From NCBI GenBank assembly GCA_009844405.1, contig VYBO01000043.1, positions 4,927 to 68,926 of the forward strand: a stretch of DNA of 64,000 bases. Direction: 5' to 3'. Below the pieces are notes generated by a model, which worked only from the letters and a program-made list of their open reading frames with translations, made no database searches and was not told where the DNA came from. The stretch is from Acidimicrobiaceae bacterium. Lineage in GTDB: Bacteria > Actinomycetota > Acidimicrobiia > Acidimicrobiales > Aldehydirespiratoraceae. A program made the position numbers and the translations under genes. This document shows positions 35,231 through 44,545 of the stretch, piece after piece. Every line of letters begins with the position of its first letter. The stretch's first letter is position 1.

Positions 35231-38200
35231 ATTTATTCGGTGCCGCGACATCCGTGACCCGCAGCCGCCATTCTGACATGCCTTCGGAATTCAAGGCCGT
35301 TCGGGGGACAACCAGCCCAAGATGACCTCCGACCCGGATGAGTTCAAGGTTCGCCCACATGAAGGCTTGGTACAGATCTGTCCGGCCCGAGCCGAGACCA
35401 GGAAACGCGACTCTGAGAACAGCCCTCGTCTTCTCGGCCACCTCCGAATCATGTAGAAAAGCTTCCTCAAGGTCAGGCCTCTCCAGGCGCGTCCTAGTGA
35501 TGACTCGTCGCATGGCACCGACCGACAAGCCCCGCATACCCGGCTGGTGCATACCCCACCAGACATGTTCTTGGACGACCGCCTGCTCCCATGGTGGGTT
35601 GCCTATCAGGCAGTCGAAGCCGCTGAGGTCGCCTCGTCTGAACACCTCGGGGAAGCGGGCCGGGAAATGGACGGGGTTCAAGTCCGCTACCGCTCGCCGC
35701 ACGGCATCCGTGGCCGCCAGCGCCTCGAAGACGGCCGGGTCGTAGTGCTCGGGGAGGTCGCAGGCGCCGGCGCGCTGGGCCGCGACCACGTCGAAGATCG
35801 CCCGAGCGGGCGCGACTGCAGCGAAGGCCTCGCGGTGAGCCTCGCGGGCTTGGTCGATCTCGGCCTTGGTGGCGTCGGAGGTGCGGGCCAGCCGGCTCAG
35901 CGCCTCGCCGGCCTCGTCGAGCATCGCGACCAGCTGGTTGCGGAACAGGCTCGGCGCCGACGGGTCGGCGTCGGGCTCGAAGACACGCAGCACGTCGTCG
36001 AGCGTGCCAACGCCGGTGAGGCTGTTGCCCTCGATCAGGTTGTGGTCGAGGAAGCTCAGCGGCAGGCCAGGCACGAACGTGTGGACCCAGATCGACAGTC
36101 GGGCAAGCTCCACTGCGACCCGGTTGAGGTCCACGCCGTAGATGCAGTATCGGGCCACTTGGCGGCGCAGAAGCGAACTGGTCTCGATCTCGTCCTCGCC
36201 GCCGAGAGCCCCCGGGACCGCGACGGCGGCAGTCCTCAGGCGCCGCAGGGTTGCATGCACCCCGGCACCGGCAGAGGGGTTGCGGCTCAGCCAACCCGAC
36301 AGCCTCCGCTCGATACGGTCCACTGCCGCCACCAGGAAGTGCCCCGAACCCATCGCGATGTCGGCGCAGCGGAAGTCGAAGAAGGCCGTATCGACCCCGG
36401 CGACGTCGCCCGCGGTCGCCAGTGCGTCGAGACGGGCGAGATGCTCCTCAAGTGCGGGCTCCAGCGCATGGTCGAGCAGATGCTCCACGGCGAAGGGCTT
36501 CGTGAAGTAGCTGCCGGTGCTCTTGCGCACGCCCGAGCGGTTGTGGAAATAGACGCTCCCTGCGGCCACCTCCACCTCATCGTCGGCCTCCGCGGGAACG
36601 TAGGTGGGCTCACCCTTGAGGAGCTTGACGGTGAGATCCTGCTCGGCCAGCGACAGCTGCGACTCCAGCAGGCCCTCGTAGATCGTGCCGAACGCGCGGA
36701 CCGACAACGACCGGAAGTCCACCGGACCCTCGCCCTCGGGGCTGAGGTCGATCAGCATGGCCGACAGCGCGGGGCCGAGCTCGGCGTCGGTCAGCGGCGC
36801 CATCGCCTCGATGGCCGCGCCCGAGCCGCTCACATCCGGGTCGCGGGAGAACAGCCCGCCGTCGTATGCGGGCAGCGCCCAAGCAATATTGCCGGTGTCT
36901 ATGGCGCTCCAGAGTTGCTTGATGTCGGCCCACATCGAGGTGGCCGCCGCGTCGAAGACCACCGATCCGCGGCGGCGGTCCTCGGCGAGGCGTCTCGCCA
37001 GCCGCGTCAGCGAGTGGTCGGCGTAGCGGGCGTTCGTGCTGTAGGGGAAGCGGTCCATGGCCTCGGCGTAGGCGACGAACAGCAGCCGGAACAGGATCAC
37101 CATCACCTGCTCGTAGGCAGCCCTCAGGTCCTCCGGACCCGGCGCATCGGTGACACGCCTGGCCACCGCGTCGGCCAGTGCGGGCACGGTCTCGGCGTAC
37201 ACCCGCTCTCGCAGCCGGACCGCCAGGTCGGCGGCGAACCGGTCCGACGCCTCGAGCGCCTCCTCGATCTTGCCGCCGGCGTCGAGCGCCTCCGCGGAGA
37301 ACAGCAGCCTCAGGTATCCGGCGTGCTGCTCGCTCAGCAGCGCCAGGTTGGCCTCCACGTAGGTCTCGGCCCGGCCCTTGCGGCCCACGCCGGTGTCGGG
37401 GCGGGCCGCATACAGCCGGATCTCGCTGCCGCGGGTCAACAGCACCCAGTCAGCGCCGTGCGCATCCGCATGCGAGAGAGCCAGGGACACGGGGGTGATC
37501 CCGTCGAAGCGGGCAGCCGGAGCGTCGAAGGGCTCGTCTTCGGAGCAGAACACGGCCGCGGCGCGGCTGTGGCCGTTCACCTTCAGCAGATGGACGTGGT
37601 TGGCATGCTGCTCCAGCCGGAAGCCGAGCCCCTCCGCCAGTCGCCTGCCCCGCAGGCCCAGCAGGGACCGGCCCGACCGCACCGACGCGGCCCAGTCGGA
37701 CCGCTGCGGCAGACCCGAACGGAGTTCCTGGGTGGCGAGCAGGCCCACGTTGCGCAGGCCGGCCTCGAGCCTGGCGTGCTCCGGCGCATCGAGTCCGACC
37801 AGCGCCTTCTGGAGGACGCGCACGGCCGCGTGCAGATCGGGCTCGCCCAAGGCGCAGTCGGCGACCCGCTCGACCGGAGCGGCATCGAGGTCCCACACCA
37901 CTGCCGGGCTGTCCCCGACGGGGCCACACACGGCCACCTGAACCGAGTCCGACGAGGTCGTCGCATCCGCAGGCGCCGGATAGCCCACGATCATCAGAAC
38001 CGGGCTGGCTCGTCCGGCGCGGCGCTTTAGGTAGCCGTCGCGCATCTGGGACGCCTGGGGCCTGCGGGAAGCGGACGCCAGAACCACCTCAAGGCCGTTG
38101 GGCACGACCCGGCCGCGGCAACGCTGAAAGAACGCTCCGCACGGCGCCAACGCTTCAGGGAAGCCTTGCGGCCGGGACCAGCGGTCGGGGTCTCGCTCTG

Positions 38201-38420
38201 GCAGGAAGCGGTCAGCCCAGCTCACGCCCTCGCCCGGAGGTTCGTTTGCACTCCCGGCCCGGCGGGAGCGCATGGGAACGCCGTCCCGCCGTGCCGCTCA
38301 TGGCGACGCACGCTACTGAATCGCGAGCGGCCTTGCCAGGGTGGGTCAGTGGGGCGTCGGGGACGCCCAGCCGACGCCAGCGCGGCTGACCCCACGGCTC
38401 GAGTGCTAGCATTGTGCGAC

Positions 38421-38642
38421 ATGGCTGTCCTCTACCTCCGCAACGTCTCCGACGATCTGATGCGCCGGCTGAAGCTGCTCGCGTCCCGAGAGCAGACGTC
38501 GGTCTCGGCCGCCGCGCTCAGAGAACTCGATGAGGCGACCCGCTGGGTCGACGTCCCCGATCTCTTCGAGAACCTCCCGGACGTGCAGGTTCCCACCGCG
38601 GAGATCCTCGCCGCGCTCGACGAGGGGCGCTCGACGAGGTGA
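38421..38642 (+). CDS. vapB: VapB/FitA-like ribbon-helix-helix antitoxin
   Basis: MAVLYLRNVSDDLMRRLKLLASREQTSVSAAALRELDEA is typical of Arc/FitA-type antitoxins. The stop overlaps the start of the PIN gene. ATG at 38421 lies inside track ORF 38166..38642. Confidence 0.75.
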   Translation: MAVLYLRNVSDDLMRRLKLLASREQTSVSAAALRELDEATRWVDVPDLFENLPDVQVPTAEILAALDEGRSTR

Positions 38643-39040
38643 TCGTGGTCGATGCCTCGGCCGTGGTCGAAGCCCTGATCCACGGCGGCGAAGCGCGGCA
38701 GCGGCTGACGACTGAGCGAGTTGCGGCGCCCCACCTCGTCGACGCCGAGGTCATGCACGCTCTTCGCAGGCTGACTGCACGGGGCGCCTTGGACGACCTG
38801 TCCGCCCACCGCGCGGTGCGACGGTGGCGCGGCGCGCCCGTCCGACGGTTCGCGATGCACGCCCTGGTCGATCGAGTCTGGGCCATGCGGCACAACCTCT
38901 CCGCCTACGACGCCTGCTATGTCGCGCTTGCCGAGGCGCTGGACCGCCCCCTGCTGACCGCCGACCACCGGCTCGCGGCGGCGCCCACGCTGAAGTGTCC
39001 CGTCGTGCTGCTGGCAGGCAGAGAAAGTCACGATCAATAG
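38639..39040 (+). CDS. vapC: PIN-domain toxin VapC
   Basis: MIVVDASAVVEAL... provides the first acidic residue, with later DAEV and YDACYVALAEAL...LLTADHRL providing the other PIN acidic residues. Confidence 0.85.
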   Translation: MIVVDASAVVEALIHGGEARQRLTTERVAAPHLVDAEVMHALRRLTARGALDDLSAHRAVRRWRGAPVRRFAMHALVDRVWAMRHNLSAYDACYVALAEALDRPLLTADHRLAAAPTLKCPVVLLAGRESHDQ

Positions 39041-39151
39041 TGTTTCAATAACTGTCAGTAGCTTTCAGTGCTGGCGGGAGCTAGGGTGGGTCCTCAGGAA
39101 GAACTCGTACATCCCTATCGGGCCCGGTTGCGAATGGAGGTCGAAGAAGGC

Positions 39152-39595
39152 ATGAACGAGAACACCGGCGATGCCGGCGCCCCGGGCGGCACCGGTGCGC
39201 CCGAGAGCCCGTCGAACGGCGCGGAGGCCGCCTTCGTGGATGCTCGCGTCATGCACGCAATGGCTCTCGAACGCCTCGACGCGGCAGACATCCGAGACGC
39301 CGCGGAAAAGGCCTGGTGCGCCGCCAAGCGGGCTACCGACGGCCTGATCATCGCCCGCACGGGCCAAGAACCGAAGAAGTCTCCCGACACCACCCGGTTG
39401 CTGCGGCAGTTGTCCTTCGAGGACCCTCACGTGCGGCCGCTCAGCCACCTCTACTCCACGGCCAGGGACCATCTCCACGGCGACTGCTTCTACTCGGGGC
39501 TCTGCGAGCCTGTGGAGGAGACCCTCCGACTGATCCGCGAGACCGGCGACTACATCGCTGAGGCCGAGCGCCTGGCCACCCGCCGCGCCGGCTGA
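39152..39595 (+). CDS. PaREP1/HEPN-like helical protein
   Basis: AAEKAWCAAKRATDGLIIARTG......LL..L..........LYSTARDHLHGDCFYSG resembles the PaREP1 pattern (EK.W.A...A......G....H..L......L....W..A..LH.NFY). ATG at 39134 is an alternative start. Confidence 0.45.
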   Translation: MNENTGDAGAPGGTGAPESPSNGAEAAFVDARVMHAMALERLDAADIRDAAEKAWCAAKRATDGLIIARTGQEPKKSPDTTRLLRQLSFEDPHVRPLSHLYSTARDHLHGDCFYSGLCEPVEETLRLIRETGDYIAEAERLATRRAG

Positions 39596-39717
39596 TCCGG
39601 CGACGCCGGAGGCTCGCCGGCGACAGCCAGTGAGGGCAGCCGTAGCAGGCCGCGCCGGATCGAATCCTCAGCAGGCCCCAGCAGGCTCGGCAATAATGCC
39701 CGGTCGGGAGGGCCTGC

Positions 39718-40785
39718 ATGGCTGAGGAAGTCGCGGCGGTAGAGATCGAGGGCGTCACCAAGCGCTTCGGCGAGGTCGTCGCAGTGGACAACGTCGACCT
39801 GGCCATCGACGACGGCGAGTTCTTCGCCCTGCTGGGCCCGTCGGGCTGCGGCAAGACCACCACCCTGCGCATGATCGCCGGGCTCGACCTGCCGACCGAG
39901 GGCAGCCTTCGGATCTTCGGCGCCGAGGTGGGGATGGCGCCGCCCGACCTGAGGCCGGTCAACACCGTGTTCCAGGCCTACGCCCTGTTCCCGCACATGA
40001 CGGTCCGCCAGAACATCGAGTTCGGCCTGCGAATGCGGAGGGTCAAGGATCCCGAACTGTCGCAGCGGGTGGCCGAGGCCACCGGGATGGTGCGGCTGTC
40101 GGGGATGGAGGACCGCCGGCCCGACCAGCTCTCAGGAGGCCAGCAGCAGCGGGTGGCGCTGGCCCGGGCCCTGGTCAACCAGCCCAAGGTGCTGCTGCTC
40201 GACGAGCCGCTGGGGGCGCTGGACCTCAAACTGCGCCAGGAGATGCAGCAGGAGCTCAAGGCCCTGCAGCGCACCGTGGGCATCACGTTCGTGTTCGTCA
40301 CCCACGACCAGGAGGAGGCCCTCGCCATGAGCGAGCGGATCGGGGTGATGTCGGAGGGCAGGCTTCTGCAGGTCGGCACCCCCCGCGAGATCTACGAGCG
40401 GCCGGCCAGCCGCTTCGTGGCCGACTTCATAGGCCGGACCAACCTCCTCGACGCCACGGTGGAGCCGGCCGGGACGGTGCGCCTAGCCAACGGGGCGCGC
40501 ATCGAGGCCGAGACCTCGCTGCCGGCCGGCGCCGAGGTCTCGGTCAGCCTGCGTCCGGAGCGGGCCCGGCTGCAGCCGGGTGGCACGGCCGCCGCCGAGG
40601 GCTCCAGCCTCGACGGCCAAGTGCGCGACATCACCTACCTGGGCCACGCCGTGGTGTACGAGGTGGCGGTCGGGGAGATGTCGGTCGAGGTGCGGGTCGA
40701 GGGCGAGACCGGCCAGCCGTTCGCCCCCGGCGACGACGTGACCATCAGCTGGGATCACGGCGCCGCCGCCGTGGTCGCGGATTAG
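39718..40785 (+). CDS. potA: Spermidine/putrescine ABC transporter ATP-binding protein
   Basis: Walker A GPSGCGKTT, signature LSGGQQQRVALARAL, Walker B LLLDEPLGALD and a TOBE-like C-terminal domain. Confidence 0.9.
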   Translation: MAEEVAAVEIEGVTKRFGEVVAVDNVDLAIDDGEFFALLGPSGCGKTTTLRMIAGLDLPTEGSLRIFGAEVGMAPPDLRPVNTVFQAYALFPHMTVRQNIEFGLRMRRVKDPELSQRVAEATGMVRLSGMEDRRPDQLSGGQQQRVALARALVNQPKVLLLDEPLGALDLKLRQEMQQELKALQRTVGITFVFVTHDQEEALAMSERIGVMSEGRLLQVGTPREIYERPASRFVADFIGRTNLLDATVEPAGTVRLANGARIEAETSLPAGAEVSVSLRPERARLQPGGTAAAEGSSLDGQVRDITYLGHAVVYEVAVGEMSVEVRVEGETGQPFAPGDDVTISWDHGAAAVVAD

Positions 40786-40788
40786 AGG

Positions 40789-41751
40789 ATGCAGCCCGCG
40801 GGCCGGACCTCGGAGAGCACTGCGGCCTCCGGGGAGAAGGCGGCCGCCCAGGCCCAGCGACGCCAGGGGATGCTCCTGGCGTCGCCCGGAGCCCTATACC
40901 TGCTGATCTTCTTCGTCGCTCCGCTCGCCCTGATCACGGTCTACTCCTTCGCCACCCGCACCTCCACCGGCCGGACGTCGCTGAGCGACTGGAACGTCGA
41001 GTCGTACCGGGCCATCGGCGACGACATCATCGTGGGCATCGTCGGGCGGTCGGCGTGGCTGGCCACCCTCACCACCGCCCTTTGCCTCGCGGTCGGCTAC
41101 CCCTTCGCCTACTACCTGGCCACCCGGCCCCGCCACGTGCGGGCCATCCTGCTGGTGCTGGTGATGATCCCGTTCTGGACCAACGGGCTGGTGCGGGTCT
41201 TCGCCATCCGCTTCCTGCTCGGGTCGAACGGCCCCGCCTCGGCGCTCAGCGAGAATCTGGGCTTCGGGACGTTCCGGATCCTGTTCACCCCCACCGCGGT
41301 GACCATCGGCATGGTCTACAGCTTCCTGACCTTCATGGTCCTGCCGTTGTACGTCTCCCTCGAGCGCATGGACTGGAGCCTCACCGAGGCGGCCCGCGAC
41401 CTGTACGCCAGCGGCTCCAAGGCGTTCTGGAAGGTCACCCTGCCCCTCACCAAGTCGGGGATAGTGGCCGGCAGCGTGCTGGTTTTCGTTCCCAGCTTCG
41501 GCTCCTACGTGGTGCCCGACATCCTGGGCGGGGCCAAGACGCTGCTCATCGGCTCCTACATCGCACGACAGTTCCGAGACGCCCGCAACTACCCGCTCGG
41601 GGCGGCCCTGAGCGTGCTGCTGATCGTGGCCATGCTGGTGGCGGTCGCGCTCAATCAGCGCTCCGGCAGCGGCGCCGAAGGCGGCGACCGGCCCCGGCGC
41701 CGAAGGCGCGGGCGGGCCCGAGGCGGGCCCGAGCCGGCGGCTGTGTCATGA
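40789..41751 (+). CDS. potB: Spermidine/putrescine ABC transporter permease
   Basis: Six TM segments and the EAARDLYASGSKAFWKVTLPL EAA loop. The stop overlaps the next ATG. Confidence 0.85.
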   Translation: MQPAGRTSESTAASGEKAAAQAQRRQGMLLASPGALYLLIFFVAPLALITVYSFATRTSTGRTSLSDWNVESYRAIGDDIIVGIVGRSAWLATLTTALCLAVGYPFAYYLATRPRHVRAILLVLVMIPFWTNGLVRVFAIRFLLGSNGPASALSENLGFGTFRILFTPTAVTIGMVYSFLTFMVLPLYVSLERMDWSLTEAARDLYASGSKAFWKVTLPLTKSGIVAGSVLVFVPSFGSYVVPDILGGAKTLLIGSYIARQFRDARNYPLGAALSVLLIVAMLVAVALNQRSGSGAEGGDRPRRRRRGRARGGPEPAAVS

Positions 41752-42602
41752 GCGGCAACGTCGAGACCGGGCTGGGACCGCGCACCCGGCGGCTGCTGGC
41801 CGCGTGGGCATGGGTCGTCTTCGCCTTCCTGTACGTGCCCATCGCCGTGCTGGTGGTCTTCTCGTTCAACGCGTCGTCCCGGGTGAACATCTGGGGGGGC
41901 TTCTCCCTCCAGTGGTACGGCGAGGCCCTCAACAACGAGGTGATCACCTCGGCGATACGGGTGTCGCTCATAGTGGCGGCGGTCTCCACCGCCGTCTCGG
42001 TGGTGCTGGGCACCGCGGCAGCCCTCGCGCTCGACCGCTACCGGTTCAAGGGTCGCCGCGCCCTCGACGGCACCGTCTACCTGCCCATCGTCATCCCCGA
42101 CATCACCATGGCGGTGATGCTGCTGGTGTTCTTCGCCGAGGCGTTCAAGTTCATCGACTCGTTCGGCCCGCGGTTCACCCTCGGGATCTCGACCGTCGCC
42201 CTGTCCCACATCGCGTTCAACATCTCGTTCGTGTGCGTGGTGGTGAGGGCCCGGCTCGACCAGTTCGACCGCACCCTGGAGGAGGCCGCCCGCGACCTGT
42301 ACGCGACGGGGTGGCAGACGTTCCGGAGGGTCACCCTGCCGCTCATCATGCCCGGCATCGCGGCCGGAGGTCTGCTCGCCCTCACCCTGTCGCTCGACGA
42401 CGTGGTGATCTCCGCGTTCGTGGCCGGGCCGGGCTCGACGACCCTGCCCGTGTACGTGTTCAGCAGCATCCGGCGGGGCGTCACACCGGAGCTGAACGCC
42501 ATCTCCACCCTCATGCTCACCGCGTCGATCACGCTGGTGCTGGGAGCGCTCGCGCTGCAGCGTCGCCGTGCCAGCGCATCGCAGCGGACGCAGGTCCTAT
42601 AG
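41748..42602 (+). CDS. potC: Spermidine/putrescine ABC transporter permease
   Basis: ATG at 41748 (ATGA overlap). EAA loop EEAARDLYATGWQTFRRVTLPL. In frame inside track ORF 41055..42602. Confidence 0.85.
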   Translation: MSGNVETGLGPRTRRLLAAWAWVVFAFLYVPIAVLVVFSFNASSRVNIWGGFSLQWYGEALNNEVITSAIRVSLIVAAVSTAVSVVLGTAAALALDRYRFKGRRALDGTVYLPIVIPDITMAVMLLVFFAEAFKFIDSFGPRFTLGISTVALSHIAFNISFVCVVVRARLDQFDRTLEEAARDLYATGWQTFRRVTLPLIMPGIAAGGLLALTLSLDDVVISAFVAGPGSTTLPVYVFSSIRRGVTPELNAISTLMLTASITLVLGALALQRRRASASQRTQVL

Positions 42603-42641
42603 TTCTGTCGTTCTCTAGCGAACCCAGGAGGGAGACATTCG

Positions 42642-43928
42642 ATGAGTTCAATGACTAGGACGGGAACTGCGCGCCGGCGAGACCGGGGCCGCACCGGACG
42701 CGCCAGGCTGATCCTGCTCGGCGGGATCGTCGGCATCGGCAGCCTGCTGGCCGCGGCCTGCGGCGACGACGAGGCCGACGAACCAGCGGCGGCGCCTGAG
42801 ACGACCCAGGCTCCCGCACCCGCCGAGGAGGCCGCACCGGCCGAGGAGGCTGCACCCGCCGAGGAGGCCGCACCCGCCGAGGAGGCCGCACCGGCCGGAC
42901 CGGCAGGGCACTGCGCCGCCGGCGAGACCGACGGCGACCTGACCTTCTACAACTGGGCCGAGTACATCGACGAGGAACTTCTCGCCGCCTTCGAGGCCGA
43001 GACCGGCATCAATGTGGAGTACTCGACCTACGAGTCCAACGAGGAGATGCTCACCAAGGTCGAGTCGGGCGCAGCCATCTACGACTTGGTGGTGCCGTCG
43101 GACTACATGGTCGACACGATGCGCCGAGACGACCTGCTGCTCGAGCTGAACTTCGACGCCATACCCAACGCGGCCAACATCGGCCCCGAGTTCGCCAACC
43201 CGCCGTTCGACCCCGAGCACAAGTACAGCGTCGCCTACCAGTGGGGCACCACGGGCATCGGCATGTCCTACGAGGTGCTCGAACTTCTGGGCGGCGAGTC
43301 CACCTGGGCGGTGATCTTCGATCCGGCCACCGCCGCCCTGGTGCCGGGCAGCATCTCGATGCTCGACGACGCCCCCGAGACGGTGTCGGCCGCGCTCAAG
43401 TACCTCGGCTACAGCATCGAGGACGTGATCAACAACCGGAACGAGGACGCGGTGCGCGAGGCCGGCGAACTGCTGAGGGCCACCAACGACCGGCTGCTCA
43501 AGTACGACTCGGTCACCTTCGGCGACGACCTGGTCAACGGAGAGGTGGACGTGGCCCACGGCTGGAGCGGCGGGTTCTTCCTGTCGTTCTTCGAGGCCGA
43601 CGCCTACGAGGACTACGTCTACACCATCCCGGCCGAGGGCGGGGTCCGCTGGGTCGACAACATGGCGATCCCCCACAACGCCGACAACATCTGCTCGGCG
43701 CACGCCATGATCAACTTCCTGACCGACGCCGAGAACGGCGCCACGCTGACCAACTGGACCTACTACGGCAGCCCGAACGCGGCCTCCACGCCCTACATCC
43801 TGGACGAGATCCTGGAGGACCCGGGCATCTACCCGCCGCCCGAGGTCGACGCACGGCTCGAGCTGATCCCCCACGCGGGCGACATGGCCCTGCTGATCCA
43901 GGACATGCACAGCCAGGCCAAGAGCTAG
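42642..43928 (+). CDS. potD: Spermidine/putrescine-binding periplasmic lipoprotein (PotD/PotF family)
   Basis: Lipobox LLAAAC, a tandem AEEAAP linker, then a PotD-like body (LTFYNWAEYID...YDLVVPSDYMV...YQWGTTGI). Confidence 0.85.
   Translation: MSSMTRTGTARRRDRGRTGRARLILLGGIVGIGSLLAAACGDDEADEPAAAPETTQAPAPAEEAAPAEEAAPAEEAAPAEEAAPAGPAGHCAAGETDGDLTFYNWAEYIDEELLAAFEAETGINVEYSTYESNEEMLTKVESGAAIYDLVVPSDYMVDTMRRDDLLLELNFDAIPNAANIGPEFANPPFDPEHKYSVAYQWGTTGIGMSYEVLELLGGESTWAVIFDPATAALVPGSISMLDDAPETVSAALKYLGYSIEDVINNRNEDAVREAGELLRATNDRLLKYDSVTFGDDLVNGEVDVAHGWSGGFFLSFFEADAYEDYVYTIPAEGGVRWVDNMAIPHNADNICSAHAMINFLTDAENGATLTNWTYYGSPNAASTPYILDEILEDPGIYPPPEVDARLELIPHAGDMALLIQDMHSQAKS
42822..42893 (+). repeat. 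4 x 18-bp tandem repeat encoding (AEEAAP)4
   Basis: gccgaggaggc[ct]gcacc[gc] occurs four times, read directly from the sequence. Confidence 0.95.
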
Positions 43929-43943
43929 CTGTACTGATCCGCA

Positions 43944-43978
43944 CGGCCGGGGCGCCCCCGAGCGGGGCGTCCCGGCCG
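43944..43978 (+). terminator. GC-rich 15-bp stem hairpin after potD
   Basis: cggccggggcgcccc / cgagc loop / ggggcgtcccggccg with one G-U pair, 16 nt after the stop. There is no U-tract. Confidence 0.5.
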
Positions 43979-44059
43979 GCGCGCTAGCGGGCTTGCCGGT
44001 CTCGGGGGCGGCGTCGCACTGGACCGGCACCGATCGGGCTAGAGCCGTACCCTGGCGCC

Positions 44060-44503
44060 ATGACCACCATCACTGCCGACGTCAAGATCGAGCCCGGCGC
44101 CCAGTTCTCGGTGGAGCTGCGGTCCGGGTCGCACCTGTGGCACGCCGACGAGCCAACCGATGTGGGCGGGGCCGACACCGGCCCCAACCCGTACGAACTG
44201 CTGCTGTCGTCGGTGGCCGCCTGCACCTGCATCACCGTGTCGCTGTACTGCCGGCGCAAGGGCTGGAACCTGCACTCGGTGTCGGCCAGCTACACCCACG
44301 ACCGGGTCCACGCCAACGACTGCGACGACTGCGAGTCCGAGTCGTCGGGCTACATCGACCGGGTGCGAAGCCAGGTCTTCATCGAGGGCGACTTCGACGA
44401 CGACCAGCGCTCCCGCCTGGCCGACATCGCCCGCCGCTGCCCGGTGCACAAGACCCTCGAACGAGGCGTCACCTTCACCACCGAGACCGTCTTCGCGGGC
44501 TGA
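44060..44503 (+). CDS. OsmC/Ohr family protein
   Basis: GPNPYELLLSSVAACTCIT and ...ARRCPVHKTL carry the two conserved Cys regions of the OsmC family. Confidence 0.85.
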   Translation: MTTITADVKIEPGAQFSVELRSGSHLWHADEPTDVGGADTGPNPYELLLSSVAACTCITVSLYCRRKGWNLHSVSASYTHDRVHANDCDDCESESSGYIDRVRSQVFIEGDFDDDQRSRLADIARRCPVHKTLERGVTFTTETVFAG

Positions 44504-44545
44504 CGGGCACGACTAGTCTCGCGGCGACTACCGGAGGGGAGCAGG

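Larger units (their letters stand above)
34475..38273 (-). pseudogene. PglX-like (BREX/Eco57I-type, gamma-class) N6-adenine DNA methyltransferase; as sequenced the frame is broken at (CT)12 and its C-terminus is set by a G11 tract
   Basis: SAM motif I is CADIAMGSGHFLVAAVD and motif IV is LIGNPPW. PglX-like helical N-region: ILFRLLFVAYAEAMDRFPY...LWSAIDTGNIAWALPAYDGGLF. Also YGVDLNRVAVELARLSIWV. Track ORFs 34947..38273 and 34519..35190 are consecutive parts of one gene in different frames. Confidence 0.8.

Noticed and set aside
42648-44030. 460-aa minus-strand ORF opposite potD, and 50138..52951 (937 aa) opposite the envelope cluster.
   Set aside because: These are antisense artefacts with no motifs. 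The sense genes are well supported.
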